Notes under the pieces: generated by a model
What the model saw: the letters and a program-made list of their open reading frames with translations, nothing else
Told to the model about the DNA's origin: nothing
The model's database searches: none
Shown here: piece by piece, positions 24,908-34,638 of the stretch
How positions within the stretch are numbered: position 1 is the stretch's first letter
Layout of the letters: each line of letters begins with the position of its first letter
Translations under genes and position numbers: made by a program
Virus record (IMG/VR): IMGVR_UViG_3300025372_000013
DNA length: 64,000 nucleotides
Reading direction: 5' to 3' (one strand)
Source: an uncultured virus (IMG/VR IMGVR_UViG_3300025372_000013)
Taxonomy: Duplodnaviria; Heunggongvirae; Uroviricota; Caudoviricetes

Positions 24908-24945
24908 GTTTACTCCCTTAGACGAGGCTCAGTATACCCCTAAAA

Positions 24946-24975
24946 GCAAAAGGCTGGGGGTGTATTCCCCCAGCC
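24946..24975 (-). terminator. Intrinsic terminator
   Basis: GGCTGGGGG/CCCCCAGCC followed by TTTTG on the minus strand. Confidence 0.75.
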
Positions 24976-24990
24976 AATTACCTAGAGTAA

Positions 24991-25290
24991 TTACTTGGCT
25001 GCTTCTACAGCTGCCTTAGCAACGGCCTTTTGAGCATCTGCTACTGCAGCAGTTGCTACAGAGCTGATGGCTGCAGTAGTAACTGCATCAAGATGCTCCT
25101 TCTTAGCAAGCTCGTTGATTGTACCCTTTGGATTAAACTTAGCGATAAGTGGGCCAACTACACCGACTACGGCTGCAAATGCAATGTGGCGCCAGTGGTG
25201 GTTACCTGTCTGATAGATAGCCACAGCTGCTGCTGCAGTTGCGTAAACGTAGTGCTCAACAAGAGCCTTTTCTGATTGTGGTAGATGCAT
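24991..25290 (-). CDS. Holin-like membrane protein
   Basis: Two hydrophobic segments then ..NP; downstream of endolysin. Confidence 0.55.
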   Translation of the reverse strand: MHLPQSEKALVEHYVYATAAAAVAIYQTGNHHWRHIAFAAVVGVVGPLIAKFNPKGTINELAKKEHLDAVTTAAISSVATAAVADAQKAVAKAAVEAAK

Positions 25291-25527
25291 TTATTTTCCC
25301 TCTGTAGTAGTTACATTGTTTACGTAAGGCGTAACAATATGGGACTCAGCCTGAACATTAGGCTGTGAAGACGAGAAGCTTGGCTGAGCCGTACCTGCTA
25401 ATGCTGCCGATACTGCAAGGCCAATATGCTTGATATCCGGTGCAAAGCCAGATGCGGCCCAGGCGCTAAACCCGGCTGAACTGGCAATTCCCATTGACAC
25501 AGGACTTTTAAAGTTGAACTTAATCAT
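25291..25527 (-). CDS. Small membrane protein (lysis region)
   Basis: Hydrophobic; AAGGAG RBS. Confidence 0.6.
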   Translation of the reverse strand: MIKFNFKSPVSMGIASSAGFSAWAASGFAPDIKHIGLAVSAALAGTAQPSFSSSQPNVQAESHIVTPYVNNVTTTEGK

Positions 25528-25547
25528 CTTTATCTCCTTCTGCTAAT

Positions 25548-25576
25548 AGTATACAAGGTAATACAAGTACTTGCAA
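25548..25576 (-). promoter_or_regulatory. SigA-type promoter
   Basis: TTGCAA-17 nt-TATACT. Confidence 0.65.
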
Positions 25577-25577
25577 A

Positions 25578-25907
25578 TTATGGACGGGTATCGTCTACAC
25601 CCATGTGGTCCATGATTAGCCCCACATGTCTGCGTAGCTCTTCTATGTGGTTGTGGGTAGCCTGGTCTAGCTTTAGATCCTTTGTAATTATGCGCCTATC
25701 CTCATCACCGGACCGGTTTGTAGCATTCAGGATCAATCCAGATAAGAGAATTGATTCCAATGACACTATGAGAGTTAATAGGCCGTAAGGAAATGGCTCA
25801 AAAGGTATGATAACCCAGAAACCCCACCAGAGAATGTGAAATAGAAAAAACCAAGGGGAACCAAAAGATATTGCAGCCCAGTCAGATAGCTTCTGAAACA
25901 ACTTCAT
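25578..25907 (-). CDS. DUF1003-like membrane protein
   Basis: FGS.WF....W, PFPYGLLTL.VSLE.I.LS..IL...NR. Confidence 0.85.
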   Translation of the reverse strand: MKLFQKLSDWAAISFGSPWFFLFHILWWGFWVIIPFEPFPYGLLTLIVSLESILLSGLILNATNRSGDEDRRIITKDLKLDQATHNHIEELRRHVGLIMDHMGVDDTRP

Positions 25908-26776
25908 TAATAGCCTGCCTTTGCTGCCATGGATAGGTATGTATTTTTACCAACGACCCCAGCTTTTTTCTCTGCGGCCAAACCTGGGTACTTAGACTGA
26001 TACACAGGAATCAAAGCTATCTCTTCTTCTGTAAGAACATTGGATACTAAGGTCATTGGGAGTAAACCAGCGTTAGCTAAAGCCCTAGCTACGATCAACT
26101 CAGCTGTTCCCTTAGCCCCAACTTTAAAGGCGCTAGATCCTGGGAAGGGTGGCGCAACAATAACGGTGGTCTTAGTTGTTGGTGTAGAGGTTGTAGTATG
26201 AGTAATACCTGCAGCACCGGCACCTCCTAGAGCTGTAACTCCGGCAACGCCTGTAGCTAAAGCTTTGTTATTAACAGCCTTGCTTGTTGTAGGCTTAACT
26301 GCTCCAGGATATTCTGGGCGAACAATAGCTAATACATAAAGATATGGGCGATGGACACGAAAACAACCATCACCATTAGCAGGGTTACCAGTTGATTTAT
26401 CTGGGCCCGTGTTAAAGCCTATGCAAGTGATTCCATCACGAGAAGCGTTCTCAATAATCTCTACGTGGTCTGCAACACCATTACCTGACCAGGAATAAAA
26501 TACTAGGTCTCCAGGTTGCCCTTCATACTTTCCTACAACACGGCCCTTCTTCTGAAACCATGTTAAACCGGCTGGGCAATAGGAGAAACCTTTTTCAGTT
26601 TGTGCGGCTACCAATGCCGATAAGCCTGCTTGAGCAAAGACCCAACTAACACCCATAGCGCAGTAGCTCTCATTAGGAATACCGTACCAAGTTCCATAAG
26701 GATTCTCGTTGTTTGGACCTTCGATAAAACCTATTTGAGTTTGGGCAATATTTACAATATCCAATCCACTACTCAT
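25907..26776 (-). CDS. Endolysin (CHAP domain plus C-terminal peptidoglycan-binding-like domain)
   Basis: A..QIG..E..N, YCA..VSW, PGDLV, DHV. Confidence 0.85.
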   Translation of the reverse strand: MSSGLDIVNIAQTQIGFIEGPNNENPYGTWYGIPNESYCAMGVSWVFAQAGLSALVAAQTEKGFSYCPAGLTWFQKKGRVVGKYEGQPGDLVFYSWSGNGVADHVEIIENASRDGITCIGFNTGPDKSTGNPANGDGCFRVHRPYLYVLAIVRPEYPGAVKPTTSKAVNNKALATGVAGVTALGGAGAAGITHTTTSTPTTKTTVIVAPPFPGSSAFKVGAKGTAELIVARALANAGLLPMTLVSNVLTEEEIALIPVYQSKYPGLAAEKKAGVVGKNTYLSMAAKAGY

Positions 26777-27200
26777 GTGTTACCTCCGCTGCAGGATCTG
26801 TTCCTGTCTTACGATACCTAAATGTTTCCCAGAGTGGGGCTGGGATCTCGTGGATACCAAAACGTGTACGATGATGAGCCTCACACAAAACCTCAAGATT
26901 TCCTGGGGATTCGATCCACTCCTGGAATTCCTCATCAGTTTCAAAATGTAGGCCAAAAGCCTTCTCAACCTTATGCATGTCCATATTGTTGATTTGGCTA
27001 AACTCTATGTGGCTGTGATGTAGCTCGGGGCCGCCAGAGCACAGGTCATCGTCAATTATGCACTTCCATAGGCCTGCTTTTTTGATTCTAGCTTTTGCCT
27101 GGTTAAACAAATGGTAGTGAGGATCTGACTCACGAGGTTCGTGGGCAGGAATAGAAACAGCAAGGTGCAAGTTCATAGACTGCTTGTGTGCGTCTGTCAC
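26769..27200 (-). CDS. HNH-like protein
   Basis: ELHH...NLEVLCEAHHR....GIH. Confidence 0.65.
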   Translation of the reverse strand: MTDAHKQSMNLHLAVSIPAHEPRESDPHYHLFNQAKARIKKAGLWKCIIDDDLCSGGPELHHSHIEFSQINNMDMHKVEKAFGLHFETDEEFQEWIESPGNLEVLCEAHHRTRFGIHEIPAPLWETFRYRKTGTDPAAEVTHE

Positions 27201-27679
27201 TGGTAGATTAACCTTTCTGCTAGATCTCCTGGGGTTACTATGTATGAAGGTTCATTAATTAGTTTGAATCCTGCTGACTCATATGCCCTAGCAACAAGTT
27301 CTGAACAAATTAAGCCGTCTCTATTTCCTAGCCAAGTCATAAGCCTTGTCTTGCTTCCAAACCTTAATCCAAAGATGCGTAGGAATATAACTAGGATATC
27401 TATAAAACCGTATGGGGTTCCCACAGCTTTTACAGCAAAATCTACAATCTCTTTACGCTGGTCATCAGTTAAAGACTCGTGTTGGTTGTAGGCAGCCCTA
27501 GGGTATCTTGATGCTTTACTTAAAGTGGCTCCAAGAGGTCGAGCCTCAACAATTACGCCGTCAGCTACGCATACAAACGCATGATTCCATCTAGATACAG
27601 TTACTAAACGGATTAAGAAACCAACTATGCCGCTAGTCTTAACTACGCCATAGTCACCGGGACGAGGCGTGTACGACAT
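27197..27679 (-). CDS. Permuted papain-like amidase (YaeF/YiiX, NlpC/P60 superfamily)
   Basis: PGD, WNHA, G.PY, ICSELVA.AY..AG, TPGDL. Confidence 0.88.
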   Translation of the reverse strand: MSYTPRPGDYGVVKTSGIVGFLIRLVTVSRWNHAFVCVADGVIVEARPLGATLSKASRYPRAAYNQHESLTDDQRKEIVDFAVKAVGTPYGFIDILVIFLRIFGLRFGSKTRLMTWLGNRDGLICSELVARAYESAGFKLINEPSYIVTPGDLAERLIYQ

Positions 27680-27981
27680 TATTCTGCCTCTACGTCGTCT
27701 ACGTGTTGTTCGAAACGACCCTCTAATTTAGCAACCTTTAGTGCGATCTTTTCTTGATGTGCCCTAAGCTCTTTAAGAAGAGGAATAATCTCTAGGTTGA
27801 TCTTGTCATTAAGAGATGAGCCGTGGTTTGGGCGTAATTCTGATAGATAGTGCTTGATAACCCAACGGAATGAGAAACCAACAGCACCAATAATAGCCAA
27901 AGCAGCAGAGATACCCTGCAAAATATTAATAGTATTGTTGCTCACAGAGTCTCCTCTAATAGATAAAGCCGGCGTATGCAC
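27679..27981 (-). CDS. Membrane protein with coiled coil
   Basis: TM helix then EL.PN.GSSL.D. Confidence 0.7.
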   Translation of the reverse strand: MHTPALSIRGDSVSNNTINILQGISAALAIIGAVGFSFRWVIKHYLSELRPNHGSSLNDKINLEIIPLLKELRAHQEKIALKVAKLEGRFEQHVDDVEAE

Positions 27982-28023
27982 ATATTGTGCACTACACCGG
28001 CTTATCTGTATCGCTAAACGTAA

Positions 28024-29181
28024 CTACTGAACTGCTAGTCTTGTAGATACAATCTCTTGTCCACGGTACATAGTCTTGCCCTTATGAATATGGACCTGAT
28101 CAAAGTGGAAGCTATCGTCATCCCCGTCTTTAAAGAAGATAACGCTTACTCCCTGTTGCCAGTTTTCAAAGTATTGAAGAGGTTGTCCCTTGACATCAAC
28201 ACCACCTTTAACCGACGGTACAGCCCCATCAACTCTGCAGAGGCAGCCAGGTGAGAACGAGACACTTTTGATAGCCTGATCCCGATCAAAGACAGTTTTG
28301 CTTTGTTGTTCCATACGATGTGTATGACCAAAGAGCGTGGAAATATTTGGATTAGAATTCGCATATTGAGCAGCCGTAGAACCAGATGCATTAGCCCTAT
28401 CACCATGCATAGCACGAAGACGCTTATTAATCCAATGTGCAGCAGCTGGATACCCATCAATGAACTCCACTCCTAATTCATCACAGCGAAGCAAATTCTG
28501 CAAGCTGTTTACCGGCCATGAATCTGGCATGTTAGCTACCTTTAGGCCATATGCTGCAGCAGCATTGTTATTGATGAAGCGGGTAAGGCGCTTATCGTGA
28601 TTACCCTCAAGAAGAATAATACGAGCATCTGCACCAGCCTCAGCACGCTGTTCAGCTAGGAATAGGTGACCACGATCAATAGCCAGCTGTGCGGTGTGCG
28701 CAAAGACAGCCTCTTGTTCGTATGAGCCGTACATAGGTAGGTCTAAGAAATCCCCAAGATTAATTACCTGATCTACAGGGTGGCCATGATCTAAACCAAC
28801 AACCTGAAGCGCCACATCCATAGCGTCTTCATCGTGGAACGGATCTAGCGTACCATCCTCATAACGACGGTAACCAATCTGTGGGTCTGGAAGAGCAACG
28901 GCAACCTTCCAATCACTGCTAATCAAAGCAGGTGTACGAACCTTTGGCTGTACGACTGTAGGTGCTGCCGGCTGAACAGTCTGCCATTTTGGCCCCTCAT
29001 TCCAGGCAGGAGACAGAATAATCTTAGTATCATCTGGGTTATTTGATAGGCTAACCTTACTAATCTTGCCTACATCCTCTGGAGTTAGGCCGTTAGCTTT
29101 AAGAAGCTTTTCAATAGAGTTAATGGCATTAGTAGTAGCAACTTCTGCCTTGGCATCGTTATATGCGTCTCCTAGCGACAT
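28024..29181 (-). CDS. Calcineurin-like metallophosphoesterase
   Basis: PD.Q, LGDFLD, EGNHD, HG, GHTH. Confidence 0.9.
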   Translation of the reverse strand: MSLGDAYNDAKAEVATTNAINSIEKLLKANGLTPEDVGKISKVSLSNNPDDTKIILSPAWNEGPKWQTVQPAAPTVVQPKVRTPALISSDWKVAVALPDPQIGYRRYEDGTLDPFHDEDAMDVALQVVGLDHGHPVDQVINLGDFLDLPMYGSYEQEAVFAHTAQLAIDRGHLFLAEQRAEAGADARIILLEGNHDKRLTRFINNNAAAAYGLKVANMPDSWPVNSLQNLLRCDELGVEFIDGYPAAAHWINKRLRAMHGDRANASGSTAAQYANSNPNISTLFGHTHRMEQQSKTVFDRDQAIKSVSFSPGCLCRVDGAVPSVKGGVDVKGQPLQYFENWQQGVSVIFFKDGDDDSFHFDQVHIHKGKTMYRGQEIVSTRLAVQ

Positions 29182-29402
29182 CCACACTCTCCTAGTCTAT
29201 GAGCACGGAGAGAAGAGATACTAAAAGTAGCCCCGGCATCTTTGTAAAGGTTATATAGATTCTTATTGGAGAACTCATCGTCTGAAATAGACTGATTGAA
29301 TGCGTCTCTATCTGCGCCCTCAAACTGAATGCCCCACTGAGCTACAACACAACGGTTTGCAGCGTTTTCGATCTTTGCTTTTTCGTACAGCCCTTGTAAC
29401 AC
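29172..29402 (-). CDS. Small hypothetical protein (H....C.C tail)
   Basis: HRLGECGC; upstream promoter. Confidence 0.65.
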   Translation of the reverse strand: MLQGLYEKAKIENAANRCVVAQWGIQFEGADRDAFNQSISDDEFSNKNLYNLYKDAGATFSISSLRAHRLGECGCR

Positions 29403-29452
29403 ATTGCCCCCAATGTTTAGATTAACAGGGCCCTGTTACAGGCCCTGCTAAT

Positions 29453-29464
29453 AGTATATCCGAT
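29453..29464 (-). promoter_or_regulatory. Promoter ATCGG-A-TATACT
   Basis: Repeated motif; 16-bp palindrome at 29423-29438 just downstream. Confidence 0.6.
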
Positions 29465-29821
29465 TTAGTAGGAAGTTTCCATTCCTTCAGACCAAGAGTC
29501 CTTCTGACGAATGACTGCTGGGTTTACAATCTTGCCGTTGGCTTGTGTCAAGCCAGCAGCAGGTTCTGTCTGTGGTGCGTAACTTGCCTTGATACCGTAG
29601 CGAGCACCGAGGCGCTCCTGTCCTGAGTAAGGACGGTTGCTACGTGTACCTTGATTCTGTACTGCAGGGTCGCCGGCTGCGGCGTTACCCTTTGGAACTA
29701 GCTTGCCCTTTTCAGGTGTAGCTGAAGGTGTTGTGAATGAAACGGGCTTTTGTCCCATTGGCTCACGAGGTGCACCCACTTTTGCCATACCTGCTAAAGC
29801 TTCTGCTGTTGTATCTGCCAT
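29465..29821 (-). CDS. Hypothetical protein
   Basis: 118-aa ORF. Confidence 0.7.
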   Translation of the reverse strand: MADTTAEALAGMAKVGAPREPMGQKPVSFTTPSATPEKGKLVPKGNAAAGDPAVQNQGTRSNRPYSGQERLGARYGIKASYAPQTEPAAGLTQANGKIVNPAVIRQKDSWSEGMETSY

Positions 29822-29864
29822 GTTGGTACCTAACTGTTAGAGATCTCTTGGTACTAATAATAGA

Positions 29865-30143
29865 TTAACTTACCGAAATTGTAAAGACTATTGCTGAGAT
29901 GTTGCCATCCCTAGACTCTACTGTGGTAAATCCTGGTCGGCAGCTGAGATCTAAACCACGAGGGGCTACATAGCCTCTAGCGATTGCAATTGCTTTTACT
30001 GCCTGGTTTACTGCTGATGCTCCTACGGCCCGGAGCTTTACCTGTGGTGATTCATACAGTGCGTGTGCAATGGCTGATCCTACGGCTTGGGCATTAGATC
30101 CTGCGCCTACACGCAAGAATCCGTCTTCTTTTTCTTCGGTCAC
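29865..30143 (-). CDS. spoVS: SpoVS-family protein
   Basis: LRV...S....V..AIA, A.GA.AVNQAVKAIAIARGYVAP.G.DL...P.F, SAI. Confidence 0.92.
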   Translation of the reverse strand: MTEEKEDGFLRVGAGSNAQAVGSAIAHALYESPQVKLRAVGASAVNQAVKAIAIARGYVAPRGLDLSCRPGFTTVESRDGNISAIVFTISVS

Positions 30144-30194
30144 GATTTGTAGTCCTTTAGGTTCGATTTTTAGTCGCCCACCTAAGAACATATT

Positions 30195-30542
30195 TTACGG
30201 TGTATCGCCGTATCCCGCATCCCTAATTAGCTTTACAAAATCTTCTAATCTAAGGCAGGTCATAAACTCCCCGACAGAAGCCTCTCCTTGGCCGTTTAAG
30301 CGGAGAACTACTACAGGTAAGTCTTTCTCATTAGACCTCTCCTTAAGCTGCTTCATAGCCCCGCTAGGGTTGAAATCAGCCCGTGCCTTTACTTCCCAAT
30401 CAATACCAACAGTACCGGTAATATCAGTGCCAGATCTACCAGCACCCGTACTTTCTGCGAACGGAAAGCCTCGTTTAGCAAGGTACTCAGCTACTAACTT
30501 CTGTGTCCGGTAGCCCCGGTGTTTCCGACTCTGGCTCGGCAT
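30195..30542 (-). CDS. PD-(D/E)XK nuclease, Holliday-junction resolvase-like
   Basis: RG...Q..VA.YL, G.DI, EVK. Confidence 0.75.
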   Translation of the reverse strand: MPSQSRKHRGYRTQKLVAEYLAKRGFPFAESTGAGRSGTDITGTVGIDWEVKARADFNPSGAMKQLKERSNEKDLPVVVLRLNGQGEASVGEFMTCLRLEDFVKLIRDAGYGDTP

Positions 30543-30771
30543 ATAGACCCTCCCGCTTTAGATACTCATCAATCATAGCCTGGTTCTCGGCCATCTGAGA
30601 TTCTAGCAAAGCAATCTCACCGTCTGTGAGCTTGTCCTTGCCCTCTTCAAACATCTGCTTTCCCAAATAATGGGCCTGCATGAAACGAGACATATTAAAT
30701 CGTTCACGGGCTTTTAGAAAGAGCTGCTGCTCCTCAATACGTGCCGCAATTTTTTCCTGGCGCTTACTCAT
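30487..30771 (-). CDS. Hypothetical helical protein
   Basis: ATGA-coupled ORF. Confidence 0.65.
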   Translation of the reverse strand: MSKRQEKIAARIEEQQLFLKARERFNMSRFMQAHYLGKQMFEEGKDKLTDGEIALLESQMAENQAMIDEYLKREGLYAEPESETPGLPDTEVSS

Positions 30772-31250
30772 GTATTGAACCTCCTAGTTCTGGCCCTCAT
30801 GCCTCCACCGTCAGATGTGCGGCGGGTGAGCTCACGAGAAACTAACTGTGAATCCCTCTCAACATTGAGAGTTCTTGTTTCAATGATCTTACGAAATGCA
30901 TACTTGATATCTAGCTCATGCTGTAGATCCTGGATTTCTTGGGTTGCAGAGATCTGGGCCTTAATAAGCGCAACCCTATCTCCCTTAGCTCCGGTCCAGT
31001 TCTTAAGCATGCCTGAAGCTTCAGCGTTATCTAGCGCACGTTGGGCCTCTCTCTCATTGATAATAGCAATAGCTTGAGCACCAGCTAGATGATCATTCCA
31101 CTGAGTAAACTGAACAAAGAGATCCATAAGACCTTCATCATCCAGATCAGTAATGTCACGGGGTAGCGCCGGGATCTCGTACTCAGGCTTTGCAGTCAAG
31201 GAGAAACCTAGCTCGTTAACTGCACTTAATACATCTCTGCTAATGCTCAT
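30768..31250 (-). CDS. Coiled-coil protein, possible UvsY-like recombination mediator
   Basis: Helical protein in recombination cluster; AGGAGG RBS. Confidence 0.5.
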   Translation of the reverse strand: MSISRDVLSAVNELGFSLTAKPEYEIPALPRDITDLDDEGLMDLFVQFTQWNDHLAGAQAIAIINEREAQRALDNAEASGMLKNWTGAKGDRVALIKAQISATQEIQDLQHELDIKYAFRKIIETRTLNVERDSQLVSRELTRRTSDGGGMRARTRRFNT

Positions 31251-32098
31251 TTTGCCTCCTGGAATGGGGCGCAACGTGTGCAACCCTTTTCAATGTTTAT
31301 ACTACAAAGCGGTGGGCGGTCGTTGTTAGCAGCCCACGCTACATCTAGAGCCTTATCAAAAATATCTTTTGTAAACTCTGGATTGTAGGTTACAACAAAC
31401 TCTTTGTATTCTTGATTAGCCTTAAGCTCATAGATAAATACAATCTCTTTGGGAGCAGATTCAAGAAGTCCTTCTTCAACCATTAGATGGCAAAGATGTA
31501 GATATACCTGACCTTGCAGCTGATGAGCACGGAAGGGAGTCTTTATGTTTTTCCAAGCAATCTCTACATTCCCATTGGCCTGCTCCATGATAGCCGGAGC
31601 TTCCATGCGAATACCGCCGGAGCCAATAGACTTGATCTCAATTAAGCAGTCATCCCCAAGACCTCTGATCCAACCATCAGCGTGTCCTCGAATCATGTGC
31701 TTATCGCTACGGAGTGGTACTTCCGTATAGTTCTTAGATAAAGAAACTCCCCAAAGGCGCTCCTCACCAATCAACCAAGTGCCATAGAGCACACCCATCT
31801 CATTAAACCAATTCTGCCACTTGGCGTGGATAGTATGGCCTTCTGCAAAGATAGATGCTAAACGAGCTGTAGGCTTATCCCGTGTTTCTACGTAGTTACC
31901 TTTGAGTGCGTGATACTGTGCAAGAGCGCACCAATCATCTTTAATAATATCGGATGGGTGGATATAGCTCATATCACGATCATCAAAAGGACGTGACAAC
32001 ACATGTCGTTCTACAGCACCCATCAAGCGAGTCTCACGCTTACTGGTTGCTAGGAATGCTTTTAAATCTTTACTGGCAATAGTCTTAGGTTTGCCCAT
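31247..32098 (-). CDS. Cas4/AddB-like PD-(D/E)XK exonuclease
   Basis: HPS....WC, G..IH, GHADG, EIKS, Q.Q.Y, C-terminal C...C..C. Confidence 0.85.
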   Translation of the reverse strand: MGKPKTIASKDLKAFLATSKRETRLMGAVERHVLSRPFDDRDMSYIHPSDIIKDDWCALAQYHALKGNYVETRDKPTARLASIFAEGHTIHAKWQNWFNEMGVLYGTWLIGEERLWGVSLSKNYTEVPLRSDKHMIRGHADGWIRGLGDDCLIEIKSIGSGGIRMEAPAIMEQANGNVEIAWKNIKTPFRAHQLQGQVYLHLCHLMVEEGLLESAPKEIVFIYELKANQEYKEFVVTYNPEFTKDIFDKALDVAWAANNDRPPLCSINIEKGCTRCAPFQEAK

Positions 32099-32423
32099 AC
32101 TTTCTGCCCTCTTTCTCCAACCACTCATCTAGAGTGATCCCCTGTTTCTTAAGCTTACGCTCTACAGCATTTCTCTCCCGATGAGACATGCCGCCAAATA
32201 TTCCATGCTGCTCTGCATTCAGTATAGCCTCTTTAAGGCACTCTTGTCTAACTGGGCAGGGAGGCTTGCCATCCTTACCCCAGCAAATAGCTTTTGCCTT
32301 ATCTGCGATAGGTTTGTACAAAGCTTTGTCACGTGGTGGGAAAAAGATCTCCGTATCTTCACCTTGACACTTAGCGTCATATCGCCAAGTCCATGACGGG
32401 TCATCACTGTAACGCAATACCAC
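32085..32423 (-). CDS. whiB: WhiB-family transcription regulator 2
   Basis: AKC....TEIFFP, AKAIC...CPVRQECL, HGIFGGMS.RER. Confidence 0.93.
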   Translation of the reverse strand: MVLRYSDDPSWTWRYDAKCQGEDTEIFFPPRDKALYKPIADKAKAICWGKDGKPPCPVRQECLKEAILNAEQHGIFGGMSHRERNAVERKLKKQGITLDEWLEKEGRKYGQT

Positions 32424-32426
32424 TTA

Positions 32427-32771
32427 TTAGTCCAATTCGTTGTGGCCCCCCACACCGCTATTGTACATGGCATTTGTTAATTCATGAAAATGGTGCTCCT
32501 GGATAATCACATAGTCTTGTCCATCTAAGTGAAAGGCCAGAACCGGCTCCCTACTATCTAGGATAGCCTCTGTGGTTATCTTGTCCAAGATAGAGGACTG
32601 TATGCTAAAAGACTTCTTACTGGTCCATTTATGCTCGAATAGGTAGTGGTCATTTCTAACGTCACCTTTACGAGACCAAAAGGATCCTGAACCCGCACTG
32701 CGCTGGCCACCCGTTAGGGCAGCCAGACGCTTCTCGTGCTTAAGGGACTGCTTCTGACCCTCACTCTTCAT
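32427..32771 (-). CDS. PD-(D/E)XK nuclease, resolvase-like
   Basis: HE..LA, SG....KGDV, FEHK. Confidence 0.7.
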   Translation of the reverse strand: MKSEGQKQSLKHEKRLAALTGGQRSAGSGSFWSRKGDVRNDHYLFEHKWTSKKSFSIQSSILDKITTEAILDSREPVLAFHLDGQDYVIIQEHHFHELTNAMYNSGVGGHNELD

Positions 32772-33822
32772 CAGGAGACTCCATCATTAAGGCTGGGCTG
32801 TTCTTAAGGGTGTCCATAACTGCAGCGCTAATTTCAGCGCTAAGGTCCAGCTCCTCACGAAGAGAATCAATCAGAGCCTGTGCACCTTGCCACTTACGGT
32901 CCTTGTAGTACATCCAACCACCACGACGCTCCACAATGCCATTTAAGATGGCTAGGGAGACGATCTCTTTACCGGTGTCATAGTTACCGGCATCAATAGG
33001 TCCACCCTCTGAGAAGTAGAAGTCTAGATAAGCAGTCTGCTGTGGGGGATAGGTCTTGTTCTTAATAGTACGGACACGAATCGTTTGCCCCACACGACGC
33101 TTCTCTTGTCCGGTGCCTACCTCGAGCCAATCATCACGCTTTACTTCGCAACGAACGCTGTAGGCGTAGTCTTTTCCAAGACCTCCTGGAGTTGTACGAG
33201 GATCGCCGTGCATGACGCCAATCTTCATACGGTACTGATTGATCATAATGCCCAAGACTGGGCGTTCTGATTCGATAAGGTCACGCTTGGTAGCGGACGA
33301 AACCTTACGGAAGAACTTATTGGTGATTAGAGCTCCTCGTCCCACAGTAAACTCTTCCATGTGCTTCTCGTCTTCTGCACTAGGAACAAGAGCAGGAAGG
33401 CTGTCAATAACAACCATGTCAACCGCTTTGCTTTCCATGAACTGAATAACTGCATCAAATGCATCCTCCATACTGTTAGTTTCTACGATAATTACACGCT
33501 CGGTATCAACCCCGCAAAGTTCTGCGTACTCTGGATCAAAATCTTCTGCAGCAATCCATACAGCTGTGAACTCTGGGTTCTTAGCCTGATTGGCAGCGAT
33601 AGTGCGTAATGCAATAGCAGTCTTACCATGCGACGCTTCGCCAACAAGTTCTACCCAACGGTTCATAGGCCAACCTCCACCAAGAACTACATCCAAAGTT
33701 AGAGATCCGGTAGGAATACGGTTAGGAAGATTGACTTCACTAGCACGAACAACCGTACCAGCACCAAGCTTCTTATTAATGTTTGCAACTACTTTGAGTG
33801 CATCTGGACTGATTACTGACAT
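32761..33822 (-). CDS. recA: RecA recombinase
   Basis: IPTGSL.LD..LGGG.P, GEASHGKT, VIDSL.AL, INQ.R.KIGVM.G.P.TTPGG. Confidence 0.95.
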   Translation of the reverse strand: MSVISPDALKVVANINKKLGAGTVVRASEVNLPNRIPTGSLTLDVVLGGGWPMNRWVELVGEASHGKTAIALRTIAANQAKNPEFTAVWIAAEDFDPEYAELCGVDTERVIIVETNSMEDAFDAVIQFMESKAVDMVVIDSLPALVPSAEDEKHMEEFTVGRGALITNKFFRKVSSATKRDLIESERPVLGIMINQYRMKIGVMHGDPRTTPGGLGKDYAYSVRCEVKRDDWLEVGTGQEKRRVGQTIRVRTIKNKTYPPQQTAYLDFYFSEGGPIDAGNYDTGKEIVSLAILNGIVERRGGWMYYKDRKWQGAQALIDSLREELDLSAEISAAVMDTLKNSPALMMESPDEE

Positions 33823-34208
33823 TATCCGATCCTATCTACTATGATGTTTGGGTTAAATCCACCTGATTGTCCTACTTGCTTGGCTGGGGTGGCAGCGCCC
33901 CCACTACCACCGCCAGGCATTCCTGCACCAGATCCTTGCTGCAACAACGGATAACCGCAGTCATAGCAACGAGCACGGCCAGTACCTTGAGGAGCAAAGT
34001 AATTGCCTGAGAAGCAATTAGGACAGCTCTCGTTATTTCTGGCACTTACTGCCTTAGTCATTGTCTGATCTTTGCTAGGATCATAGGTAATAGGAGCATT
34101 GCCTATTGAAGGTTGATATGGGACACTAGGCGCAGGTCCCGTTGCAGGCGTACTACCTTGAGTAGAAGGGGTACCACCTAGCTTATTTGCCCACCAATTA
34201 CTCGACAC
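33822..34208 (-). CDS. Zinc-ribbon protein
   Basis: CPNC...RCYDCGYP. Confidence 0.7.
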   Translation of the reverse strand: MSSNWWANKLGGTPSTQGSTPATGPAPSVPYQPSIGNAPITYDPSKDQTMTKAVSARNNESCPNCFSGNYFAPQGTGRARCYDCGYPLLQQGSGAGMPGGGSGGAATPAKQVGQSGGFNPNIIVDRIG

Positions 34209-34638
34209 TATACCCTCCCTGTTCTGCAAGTAGTTCTAAGCTAAATAATGTTGATAAGCATGAGATGGTAGATGAGAGAGCCACAAGCCGAAACATCTTG
34301 CTTAAGGACTCTATGTCGTTTAGATCAAACTTTTCTTCGGGAGGAGCGTCGTGCTCCTCAATCATGTACGCTGCCAATGCTATTTTTGAACAGATATCTG
34401 AGTGGGAGTCTATAAAAGGGATTAGGCCTGCAAACCTTTCTAGCCTTTCCTGACTTGCACGCTCTTCCATCTCAGCTACTTCATCTGAAATTGGAGGTAG
34501 GCCCATAGCCTCAGCAATCTCCTCTGCAGGCATAAGCATAGAGTCGTAGATAACCTGACGAATCAACACCGGCAAAGGTATGTGCTTATTGAGGTTGTCC
34601 TCAAACACAACCCTATTCTTCTTTTTGCGACCAAACAT
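34198..34638 (-). CDS. Hypothetical protein
   Basis: TAATG-coupled to polA. Confidence 0.7.
   Translation of the reverse strand: MFGRKKKNRVVFEDNLNKHIPLPVLIRQVIYDSMLMPAEEIAEAMGLPPISDEVAEMEERASQERLERFAGLIPFIDSHSDICSKIALAAYMIEEHDAPPEEKFDLNDIESLSKMFRLVALSSTISCLSTLFSLELLAEQGGYSVE

Noticed and set aside
31247..32098. Cas4-like gene as evidence of CRISPR-Cas
   Set aside because: No repeat-spacer array or other cas genes are present; the context is recombination (recA, resolvases).
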